This document shows positions 46,908 to 64,000 of a stretch of DNA of 64,000 nt, piece after piece. The notes under the pieces are model-generated. The model did not search any database, was not told the DNA's origin, and saw only the letters and a program-made list of their open reading frames with translations. Position 1 is the stretch's first letter, and each line of letters starts with the position of its first letter. The DNA comes from Eledone cirrhosa (lineage: Eukaryota), in NCBI GenBank assembly GCA_964016885.1, contig OZ024751.1:44144001-44208000 (forward strand). Reading direction: 5' to 3'. Made by a program: the position numbers and the translations under genes.

Positions 46908-47417
46908 TGAGAGAGAGAGAGAGAGGCGGAGAGGAAGGAAGAAGGAAGGGAAGAAAGATAGAAAGATAGAATGAAATATGAAGAAAAGACAAACGACACA
47001 ATGCTTTGGGAAAAAAAGCTGGAAGAGAGGGGAGGATAGAGGTGCGAACCTAGGTTTCGCAGCCAGCTGTGTTGGATGTATTTCGATGTGTTATCATGTT
47101 GAACTGTGTGTTAAGACGAAATGTATATATATCAGATAACTGATTAATAATGAAGATGTCACTAACATCGGCGGAGATGACCGAACAGGCAAATGAGATG
47201 ACGTACAAAACTTGACCCCGCCATTTCTAACAATTTACTTAACAACAATTTTAAACTGAAATACGCCATATTAGATTCAAAGTCCGCCATTACACTCCTC
47301 GCTGGCTTTCATCGTTTCTTTCTTGTTCTCATCACTTCTTTCCGTCTTTCAACACTTCTTTCTTTCTTTCATTCTTTCTTTCTTTCTTCACTTCTTTTCT
47401 TTCATAATTTCCACCCC

Positions 47418-47453
<36 letters not shown>

Positions 47454-47692
47454 ACTTCTTTTCTTTCATAATTTCCATCCCCTTTCTTTCTTTCTTTCGT
47501 TTTTTCTTCCTATTGTTTCTTTCTTTCTTTCTTTCTTTTTTCTTTCGTTCATTCGTTCGTTTATTCTTTCTTTCCTTTTCATTTCTCTATTACTTTCCCC
47601 CACTCTCTGTTACATATACACTTTCATGCATTCGCTCTCTCACTCTCCCTTCCTGTCACTTCCATTGATCCCACCCTACACACAGACAGACA

Positions 47693-47809
<117 letters not shown>

Positions 47810-47817
47810 GCAATATG

Positions 47818-47950
47818 GATGCAGGTATGGCTGTGTGGTTAACAAGATCATCTCATTACTACGTTGTTCCATGTTCGATCCCACTTCTCGCCACCTTAAT
47901 TAGGAATCTTCTTTTTTTTTTACAATAGCCACGGTTGACTAACCAACGCC
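47818..47950 (+). mobile_element. Old tRNA-derived SINE
   Basis: TGGCTGTGTGG A-box and GTTCGATCCC B-box with a degenerate body. Confidence 0.55.
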
Positions 47951-48046
47951 TACAAATTACATTGTAACTATTAAAGAAAATAAACTTCGTTTAAGGACAC
48001 AACAATATGGTAAAGGACATGTGTCTGCATGTGAGAACACAGATAC

Positions 48047-48280
48047 CTAAATATGGAATGTTACGCGATGGCGCCTCCCCACAGCCCCGGCGGACAGGAT
48101 GGAGAAGGCGTTACCCCGGAGGACGGCAAGGGAGACGCGCTGGAAAAGCCACTCCAACTCGCGGGGTTTACACCTGCAGCTGGCCAGCTCAGCGCCTATG
48201 GTGGTGAGTAGGGAGGTAGCCCTAGGGCCAAGGACACCAGAAATCTCCACCGCCAGGGGTACAACTAATGCCTTATAAAT
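48047..48280 (-). mobile_element. CRE-like non-LTR retrotransposon, C-terminal restriction-like endonuclease remnant
   Basis: VPLAVEISGVLGPRATSLLTTIG...RELEWLFQRVSLAVLRGNAFSIL matches the P-x-A-x-E-x-x-G...QR-x-S-x-A-x-x-RGNA signature of RLE-type (CRE clade) ORFs. Confidence 0.75.
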
Positions 48281-48529
48281 GATATTTCCTAGAGATAAAC
48301 AGTGTGGAATTTCATTGCATACACACAATGGTAGCTAAATGTTTAAGATCACCCTACAATTTTAAACAAAAATCAAGGAAAGATTTTATAAAATGAAAAT
48401 AGAATTTAATACAGACTTTCAACTAAACTTCAATTGCATTGAATATGTTTTCAGATATCTATATCACTATAAACTAATATTTTCTATGTTCACACAGTCT
48501 TTAAACTAGCAAAAGAACTGTGCTACAAC

Positions 48530-49180
48530 CACCGTCACCACAAGCACCACCACCAGCACCACCAGCACCAGCACCAGCACCACCAGTAACACCACCACCA
48601 CTACCACCACCACCAGAACCACGACGACGACGACACCACCACCACTAAAACTACCCCAACCACCGACACCGCCACCACTAGCACCACCACCACCACCAAA
48701 ACCACCACCATCACCACCAGTAACACCACCACTAGCACCAGCACCACTACCACTACCACCGCCACCAGAACCACGACGATGACGACACCACCACCACTAA
48801 AACTACCCCAACCACCGACACCGCCACCACTAGCACCACCAGCGCCAGCACCACCAGTAACACCACCACTAGCACCAGCACCACCACCACCACCACTACC
48901 ACCACCACCAGAACGACGACGACGACGACTCCTCCACCACTAAAACTACCCCAACCACCGACACCGCCACCACTAGCACCACCACCACACCACCAACACC
49001 AACACCAGCACCACCACCAGTAGCACCACCAGTAGCACCAGCACGAGCACCACCACCACCACCACCAAAACTACCCCAACCATCATCACCACCACCACCA
49101 CCACCACCACCACCAAAACTACCCCAACCATCATCACCACCACCACCACTACCACCACCCCAACCATCACCACCACCCAC
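48530..49180. repeat. (ACC)n-rich block with three ~150-bp diverged repeats
   Basis: CACTAAAACTACCCCAACCACCGACACCGCC occurs three times. Confidence 0.8.
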
Positions 49181-49351
49181 ACGTAAGTTGACAATCCGGT
49201 TAACTCGTTAAACCTACAGATGTGACTCTAGACAACTTGTGTTACTTTCACATTTAAGTTTATGACTCTCATCAACACTGTATGATAAGAGATTCGGGTG
49301 GACATAACCGGGTGTCCTCCCACTTCCAGTAGACCATAGCTGTTCTGAACG

Positions 49352-50205
49352 TATGTGTTGTGTGTAGGGCTGGGGTATGTGTTGTGTGTAGGGCTGGGGG
49401 TATGTGTTGTGTGTAGGGCTGGGGTATGTGTTGTGTGTAGGGCTGGGGTATGTGTTGTGTGTAGGGCTGGGGTATGTGTTGTATGTAGGCCTGGGGTATG
49501 TGTTGTGTGTAGGCCTGGGGTATGTGTTGTGTGTAGGCCTGGGGTATGTGTTGTGTGTAGGGCTGGGGTATGGGTTGTGTGTAGGCCTGGGGTATGTGTT
49601 GTGTGTAGGGCTGGGGTATGTGTTGTGTGTAGGGCTGGGGTATGTGTTGTGTGTAGGGCTGGGGTATGTGTTGTGTGTAGGGCTGGGGTATGTGTTGTGT
49701 GTAGGGCTGGGGTATGTGTTGTGTGTAGGGCTGGGGTATGTGTTGTGTGTAGGGCTGGGGTATGTGTTGTGTGTAGGCCTGGGGTATGTGTTGTGTGTAG
49801 GCCTGGGGTATGTGTTGTGTGTAGGCCTGGGGTATGTGTTGTGTGTAGGGCTGGGGTATGGGTTGTGTGTAGGCCTGGGGTATGTGTTGTGTGTAGGGCT
49901 GGGGTATGGGTTGTGTATAGGCCTGGGGTATGGGTTGTGTGTAGGCCTGGGGTATGGGTTGTGTGTAGGCCTGGGGTATGTGTTGTGTATAGGGCTGGGG
50001 TATGGGTTGTGTGTAGGGCTGGGGTATGTGTTGTGTGTAGGGCTGGGGTATGTGTTGTGTGTAGGGCTGGGGTATGTGTTTTGTGTAGGGCTGGGGTATG
50101 TGTTGTGTGTAGGGCTGGGGTATGGGTTGTGTGTAGGCCTGGGGTATGTGTTGCGTGTAGGCCTGGGGTATGTGTTGTGTGTAGGCCTGGGGTATGTGTT
50201 GTGTA
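49352..50205. repeat. 24-bp G-rich minisatellite, about 35 copies
   Basis: Unit TATGTGTTGTGTGTAGG(G/C)CTGGGG. Confidence 0.95.
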
Positions 50206-50700
50206 GTATGTTCATGTGTGTGTTTTTGTTTGTTTGTGATTCTCTGTGTGTGTGTATGTTTGTGTGTATTTTTGTTTGTGTTTCTGTGTGTGTGTATGTG
50301 TGTGTGTATGCTTGTGTGTGTTTTTGTTTGTGTTTCTGTGTGTCTGTATGTGTGTGCCCCCCCCTCTCTCTCTCTCTCTCTCTCTCACTCTCTCTCTCTC
50401 TCTCTCTCTGTGCTGTTCTTTGCCAATCTGTCTCTATCTTTGTCAACCTATTAATATTAATATTAACAAAAAAAAAAAAAAAAAAAAATGAATACGTAGA
50501 GCGATGATCTAGAAATATTAGTTTCTCATCAACCACCCATCACAAATTTCGTGCATGAGGATTTGTTTAAATAATTGTTTGATCACGGTTGCACAAATGA
50601 CGTCATAATTCGTTTCTATAGCTGAGTGTACTGAAACAACATGACATATAATGTCAAACCAGTGTTCTAAATAGCGAACACTGGTTTGACAGCTTTACTT

Positions 50701-50737
50701 CCCTCTGAAGAAGAGATATTACCTCGAAAATTTAGGA
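50701..50737 (+). ncRNA. Degenerate hammerhead motif
   Basis: CCT-CTGAAGA-AGAG(ATATTAC)CTC-GAAA-ATT-TA-GG, with a weak helix I. Confidence 0.45.
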
Positions 50738-50896
50738 CATTTAAATAAATCTAAGGTAAAAGACTAATTGTCAACAATATCTTTTGCATTTGCATTCTTT
50801 ATTCTATGTCCACACCTGCATTGTTTTGGCTTTATTATACATATACAAGCGTTTATATCTCATTACACAATGCTTCAAGTGAACTATAACCTACTC

Positions 50897-50964
<68 letters not shown>

Positions 50965-50971
50965 TATATAT

Positions 50972-51157
50972 GGGCGGATTTGAATTCAGAACGCAAAGGG
51001 TCATAACTCTATGCTGCAAAGCATGGTGTCTGACGCTCTACCGATACTGCAAAACCACCGCAGAGTAAAGTACCAGTCAAATACTGGGCTTGATTTAATC
51101 GAATTATTCCTTCCTCACCAAATTGATGACCTTGTGTTTATGTTAGAACCCATTATT
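50972..51157. mobile_element. SINE fragments (head on minus, tail on plus)
   Basis: GATTTGAATTCAG...CTCTACCGATACTGC, then AAAGTACCAGTCAAATACTGGG. Confidence 0.65.
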
Positions 51158-51401
51158 AAGTCTACTTTATATATAATCATGATTTATATGTTCTCTCTCA
51201 CTCTCCTTCTCTCTCTTTCACTCTCCTTCTTTCTCACTCTTCCTCCCCCATCCCTCTCTCTCTCTCCCTCTCTCTATCTATCCCTATTAATCTTTATATC
51301 TAAAGTCGCTATAGTCATTGCAACTGGAGATACACTGCTATATTCATTTTTACTTTATAATGATGATAATAAATAATACTATTACTATTATTATTGAAAC
51401 C

Positions 51402-51455
<54 letters not shown>

Positions 51456-51523
51456 GTAGTAGTAGTAGTGGTAGTAGTGGTCATATATATATATATATAG
51501 GTATACATATATACATACACAAA

Positions 51524-51572
<49 letters not shown>

Positions 51573-51637
51573 TTAAAATAAATTTATATATACATATACA
51601 CTTATATATATACATACACACATTTATATATATACAT

Positions 51638-51756
<119 letters not shown>

Positions 51757-52057
51757 TATATATATATATGTTTATATATATCACCCTCATCGCTGTCAAA
51801 AGTCCCACCTGTTCTCAAATTACCTGTACAAGGAAATCAAATCGATGAGTGTCGGAGGTTGAGATAATATTTTACACTTTTGATGACCTCTTCGCGTGTC
51901 TCACCCCAGAAATTTGACCCAGCACGCTTAGCGACAAATTATACTTGAATTACCGCCACCATTTTGTTTCTCCTTCTCACTCTTCTTTCTCGCTCTCTCC
52001 TTCTCTCTCTCTCTCACACTGTTCTCTCTCTCTGTTCTTTCTCCCATCTCTCTCTCT

Positions 52058-52161
<104 letters not shown>

Positions 52162-52337
52162 AACATGTAACTTCTATATTTCTTTCAATTTGTTTCCCCA
52201 TCAACTCTCTCACTGTTCTCTCTCCTTTTCTCTCTCTCTCCTTCTCTCTCTGTCTCTCTCTCACACACAAACACACAAACACATATGCCTTCTACATTTC
52301 TTTCAATCTAGTTCCCCACGAACCCATCTCTCTTTCG

Positions 52338-52411
<74 letters not shown>

Positions 52412-52536
52412 ATCTATCTCTCTATCTCTCTATCTATCTATCTATCTCTCTCTCTCTCATTGCGTTTTACATTTACTTTTAGAAATTACACCGTCATCCA
52501 TCACTCTCCCTCACATATGCACACATTACTGCTTTC

Positions 52537-52624
<88 letters not shown>

Positions 52625-52939
52625 TACATTTTACTTCTGTGTCGTCTGAATGTTTTAATAAAATAGAAACCCCTGGTAGTTGCTCAATGTTATCTTCAAC
52701 CTGGCTATATTTAAACAATATATCTTTAAAGATATTTCATATAATTTCACTAAAACAACCGCTAGATGAAGCAGGGTTAGACCTCGAGCAAGATGGTTGT
52801 TTAACATACATGAACTCGTTTGATCTCTTCACAAGATGTTACACAAAGAATAAGATCTTACGAACTGGTGACTCGCTTTCTGGAGTTACTATTCTTGGGT
52901 GAATATTTGTAGGGGTATTACAATAAGGCTTGTGTTAGA

Positions 52940-58000
<5,061 letters not shown>

Positions 58001-58601
58001 AGTTGATTGCCGGTCATTAGTTTCAGCTTAAAAACCAAAAAAGAAACAAAGAAAAACAAAAAAAAAAAAATTATATAAAAATCAAAACAAAACAAATCAT
58101 GACAAAACAAATAAATAAAAAAAGTCTATAAAGATCGCCAGTAGATGTCTCTGGTGACACCATGTTTGCTACAGACGTTAAAGATGGAGGTAAACACCAA
58201 CTATTGGCCAGAGACATATTTCAAACCAACCGATATATTAGATGTTAGACGCCATTTTTGTTCCTCTCTTTCACTTCCGGTTTCTGCATTTTCTCATGTT
58301 TTCTTTTATTTTATTTTTATATTTTTGTTTTGATTTATTTATTTTCTCATATTTTCATGTGTTTATTATTTATTTATTTTTTTTACGCATTTATTCTGTT
58401 GTTTGTTGTTAGCATTTGTAGTTATACACACACACATATATATACACACACACATACATATAAACACACACACACACACACACACACATACATACATATA
58501 TGTGTGTGTATATATTTGCTTTATCACTTCTATCCATCTATCTTTGATATTTGCCTTAAATGCTTCTCACTTTGCTACTATTTACGTTTAATTCTCCATT
58601 T

Positions 58602-58639
<38 letters not shown>

Positions 58640-59029
58640 TATATGTGTATATGCGTGTGTGTGTGTGTGTGTATGAAAATGTGTATCTGCGTGCACGCGC
58701 ACGTGTGTGTGTGTGAATGCGTGTATTTGTATGTGTGAACATAAAATTTAACATATGTAGGAGTATTGTGTGTTCGTGAGTATTTTGTCATTGGTCAAAG
58801 ATAGGGGGTCATTGACCGAGGTGGCTGGTGATTTGTGACAGGTGATTGGTTGATAAAATAGGGGGGTGTGTGTGTGTAAATCATTATGTTTGTCTTATAG
58901 GCAGTGACAGGCGGTGTCGGTTAACTTTAAGGTAATTAAATGATTTGAGGCCAGTAGTTCGTATTCCGTTGGAGGTATTTAGCTATTTTCAGTTATGCTG
59001 AGCAGTACTGAGAATTACTGAGTATTGCT

Positions 59030-59510
59030 GCCGTACATTTAGCTGAAATGAGCACCATTTGGTTCGGCTGGGCTAGAATGGGTTGCACTGAATTGTAGGG
59101 AATTTCGCTGGCTAGGTTGGACCGGATTGTGTTGGGCCGCACTAAGCTATACTAATCTCCACTAAACTACGCTAAGCTAGAGTGGGTCATATCAAACTAT
59201 AGGGAATTGTACAGTGCTAGGCTAGGCTGAGGCTTCATTCAGCTACGTTGGACCACTTTGAGCTGTACTAAGTTTCACTATTCATTAAATTACACTCAGC
59301 TAAAGTGGGTCTCATTGAACTATAGCGAATTATACTGGGTTAGGCTTCATTCAGCGACGTTAAGCCGCTCTGAACTGTACTGAGCTTCACTATGCTACAC
59401 TGAACTAAACTGGGTCATATCGAACTGTAGATAATCACATAGATCTGGGCTACATTGGGATATGTTGGGCCACACAGAGCTGTAATGAGCTTCACTAAGT
59501 TACACTAGCA
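59030..59510. repeat. Diverged ~115-120-bp tandem repeat
   Basis: GAGCTGTACTAAGYTTCACTA and TGGGTCATATCGAACTRTAG recur 3-4 times. Confidence 0.65.
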
Positions 59511-59940
59511 TAGAATGATTGTCTTTCACACTATTTTATAGTTTTCTATAATCTAGTTTTTTAGTTTTGTTCTTTGTTGGCCGCCATTTTCATTTTACAG
59601 TAGATTATTTCTTTCTATCATTTCACATTAATTTATTTTAATTCCCACTTTATGGATTTGCTTAAAACTCCGTTGATTTAACAACAACAGCAACAACAAC
59701 TACAACAACAACTACAACAATAACAACTACTTCAACAACAACAACAACAATGCTGACAGCAATTTGTACAACTGCACCCATTCCCCCTAGCCAATTCCAT
59801 CGATCCTACATCACTGCAATTATACAAACACTAAATTCAATCAATTTCCTTACATAAAAAACAGCTCTAGTTATTATTATTAATAATAAAGTAATCATCA
59901 TTATTATTATCATTATAATTATAATTATTTTTATTATAAG

Positions 59941-60212
59941 AGGCGGTGGATTGGCAGAATCGGTAGAGGGTCGGACGCCATGCTTTGCAGCATAGAGTTA
60001 CGGCTCTTTATGGTCTGAGTTCAAATCCTGCCGAGGTTAATTTTGCCTTTCATCCTTACGGGATCGATAAAATAAAATACCAGTAATGTACTGGGTAATT
60101 TATGGCTTTGTGCCTATATAAGGGGTGGTGGATTGATGTTAATCGGTAGAGTGTCGGACATGATTTGCAGGATCTAGTCACGGATTTTTATGTTCTGATT
60201 TCAAATCCTGCC
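59941..60212 (+). mobile_element. Full-length tRNA-derived SINE plus a degenerate second head
   Basis: GGCGGTGGATTGGCAGAATCGGTAGA...GAGTTCAAATCC...GCCTTTCATCCTTACGGGATCGATAAA. Confidence 0.9.
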
Positions 60213-60449
60213 AACAATTTCAAATTGTTGCTGTTATGGTTGTTATTGTGGTTGTTATTGTGGTTGTTATTGTTGTTGTTATTGTTGTTGTTATTGTGGT
60301 TGTTATTTTCTTGTTATTGTTGTTGTTATTATTGTTGTTATTGTTGTTGTTGTTGTTGTTGTTCCTAATGTTACATTTGTTGATATAGTTAATACTGCAA
60401 TTATTGTTGTTAATGCTGCAGGTGTAATTGTCTTTGTTGTTTTAATGTA

Positions 60450-60497
<48 letters not shown>

Positions 60498-60721
60498 CTT
60501 CAGTATAACAGTGGAAGAAGGAAAATAAATGTAATGAGGCAACAGAAATAAAATAAATCTAATGGTAATCATGGAATAGAACGGCGTTGATACTTACATT
60601 AGCAGCAACAAAACAACAACACCACCACCACCACCATCACCACCACCACTAACAACAACAACAACAGCACCAATAACAGCAACAAACAACAGCAAAAACA
60701 ACGACAGCACCAGTAACAAGA

Positions 60722-60755
<34 letters not shown>

Positions 60756-60794
60756 TAACTACTATCACGGCCACCATTGACACTACTACTACCT

Positions 60795-60860
<66 letters not shown>

Positions 60861-61069
60861 GACCAACAATAGAAAAACATTAACTACATCATCGTTAAAA
60901 ACGCCATAAACATCCTCAACAACAACAGTAACAACAACAACAACAACAACAGTAACAACAACAACAACAACAACAACAATAACAACAACAATAACATCAT
61001 CAACAACAGTAACAACAACAATAAACAAAACAAAATCGTTGATTTAAAATTTTAAAGGAAATCAAATGA

Positions 61070-61183
61070 AGTATGTATGTATGTATGTATGTATGTATGT
61101 ATGTATGTATGTATGTATGTATGTATGTATGTATGTATGTATGTATGTATGTATGTATGTATGTGTGTATGTATGTATATATG

Positions 61184-61214
<31 letters not shown>

Positions 61215-61709
61215 GTATGTGTATTTATATGATGTATGTATGAATGTATGTATATATATATATGTATGTGTGTGTATGTATTTATATATGTATGTGTGTG
61301 TATGTATGTATTTATATGATGTATGTATGTATGTATGTATGTATGTATGTATGTATGTATGTATGTATGTATGTATATATGTGTGTATGTGTGTGTGTAT
61401 GTATTTATATGATGTATGTATGTATGTATGTGTATGTATATATATGATGTATGTATGTATGTATTTATGTATGTATGTATGTATGTATGTATGTATGTAT
61501 GTATGTGTGTGTATGTATTTATATGATGTATGTATGTATGTATATATATTTATGTATGTATGTGTGTATGTATGTATATGATGTATGTGTGTATGTATGT
61601 ATTTATATGATGTGTGTATGTATGTGTGTGTATGTATTTATATGATGTATGTATGTATGTATATATGTATGTATGTCTGTGTATGTATTTATATGATGTA
61701 TGTAGTATG

Positions 61710-61743
<34 letters not shown>

Positions 61744-62940
61744 TGTATGTATGTATGTGTATTTATTTATATGGTGTATGTATGTATATATGTATGTGTG
61801 TGTATGTATTTATATGATGTATGTATGTATGTATGTATGTATGTATGTATGTATGTATGTATATATGTATGTATGTGTGTGTGTATCTATTTATATGATG
61901 TATGTATGTATGTATATATGTATGTATGTGTGCGTGTATGTATTTATATGATGTATGTATGTGTGTGTGTATGTATTTATATGATGTATGTATGTATGTA
62001 TATATATATGTGTGTATGTATGTGCGTGTGTTTGTATGTATATGATGTATGTATGTATATATGTATGTGTGTGTGTATGTATTTATATAATGTATGTATG
62101 TATGTATATATATATGTGTGTATGTATGTGCGTGTGTATGTATGTATATGATGTATGTATGTATATATATATGTATATATGTATATATGTATGTATGTGT
62201 GTGTATATGTATTTATATGATGTATGTATGTATGTATATATGTATATATGTATGTATGTGTGTGTGTATCTATTTATATAATGTATGTATATGTATGTAT
62301 ATATGTATATATGTATGTGTGTGTGTATCTATTTATATGATGTATGTATGTATATATGTATATATGTATGTATGTGTGTGTGTGTGTGTATATGTATTTA
62401 TATGATGTATGTATGTATATATGTATATATGTATGTATGTATGTGTGTATCTATTTATATGATGTATGTATGTATATATGTATATATGTATGTATGTATG
62501 TGTGTGTGTATGTATTTATATGATCTATGTATGTATATATGTATATCTGTATGTATGTGTGTGTGTATGTATTTATATGATGTATGTATGTATGTGTGTG
62601 TGTATGTATTTATATGATGTATGTGTGTATGTATGTATGTATATATGTATGTATGTGTGTATGTATGTATGTATTTATATGATGTATGTGTGTATGTATG
62701 TATGTATATATGTATGTATGTGTGTTTATGTATGTATATATGACGTATGTGTGTATGTATGTATGTATATATGTATGTATGTGTGTGTGTATGTATGTAT
62801 GTATATATGATGTATGTATGTATGTATGTATATATGTATGTATGTGTGTATGTATGTATGTATATATGATGTATGTGTGTACGTATATATGATGTATGTG
62901 TGTATGTATGTGTGTGTATATATGTATGTATGTGTGTGTA
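61070..62940. repeat. (TATG)n-derived array with irregular higher-order units
   Basis: TATTTATATGATG punctuates TATG/TG runs every ~40-60 bp. Confidence 0.9.
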
Positions 62941-63084
62941 GGTGTTGGAATAGTGGCTTAAATTGTGTTGAAAACTTAATTTATCTATTAGAAAAACATC
63001 ATCAAGTTATTAAGATGATGATTGTATCAGGTGATGGGTTGTAATGGTGTGAGGGTGGGGGCTGTTAAGAACTGTGACGGTAAT

Positions 63085-63122
<38 letters not shown>

Positions 63123-63264
63123 AGATAGAGAGAGAGAGAGGGGTGAGAAAGGGAGAGAGGAAGAGGGGGGAGAGAGAGAGAGAGAAGCAGGAATTGAGTG
63201 TGAGTGTAATATATATATATGTTATATATATGTGTGTGAGTGTTGGATGAGAGAAGGATATATA

Positions 63265-63512
63265 AACAAAATGGCGTAGGACAGAACAAAGGAGAGGCAC
63301 AAAAACAAAGAAAAGAATCCCCAGTCACTGAAGAGGTCACAGAATGTGTGACGAAAGAACTTTGACAATATATAAACAACCATCTGGTTGTGGAACCAAC
63401 CAACCAACCAGAAATTTATAAATTCCTAAATTTATAAATTTATTATAATAAATTGAAGTGAAAGCAACTGGTGCGTGTGTTTCTTATTGGCAACATGACC
63501 CTCCCAAAGTAT

Positions 63513-63518
<6 letters not shown>
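63265..63518 (+). mobile_element. Family E element, HHR 63324-63366
   Basis: GTCA-CTGAAGA-G-GTCACA(GAATG)TGTGAC-GAAA-GAAC-TT-TGAC; tail runs into (TA)n. Confidence 0.8.
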
Positions 63519-63594
<76 letters not shown>

Positions 63595-63642
63595 ATATAT
63601 ACATGTATATATATGTATATATATATATATATGTATATATAT

Positions 63643-63792
<150 letters not shown>

Positions 63793-63896
63793 GTATGTAT
63801 ATATATATACATATATACATGAGTGTGTGTATGCGTCTTTACATGTATGAATTTGTATGAATGTATATCTATATATATATATATATATATACATTT

Positions 63897-63964
<68 letters not shown>

Positions 63965-64000
63965 TTTTGAAAGCAGAGAAGAATCGATCGACGAGAAAGG

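Overview
This is AT-rich animal genomic DNA dominated by (TA)n, (CA)n, (TATG)n, (GA)n and trinucleotide repeats. The SINE types and repeat landscape suggest an octopus/coleoid cephalopod, which is an inference. Almost all ORFs in the supplied track are microsatellite artefacts. One credible protein-coding piece is present: a minus-strand first coding exon (20400-19887) with poly-Asn/poly-His tracts and an eh1/octapeptide motif (SYSIDDILG). It is probably a PRD-class homeobox repressor whose homeobox I could not find in the window. The main hidden structure is a dense field of about 25 type I hammerhead-ribozyme motifs (CUGANGA...GAAA...UH, most with helices I-III traceable by eye). They are carried by at least 10 unrelated short non-coding element families that sit in (TA)n tracts, often as fold-back palindromes or partial tandem repeats, and many share a YGAGTRC motif near their 3' end. 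This architecture matches Penelope-like pseudo-LTRs / non-LTR retrozymes. Also present are many tRNA-derived SINEs, 3' remnants of RTE-, L1/Tx1- and CRE-like LINEs, several minisatellites, and a cluster of YY1/Pho and ETS motifs in unique islands 27-40 kb upstream of the homeobox-like exon.
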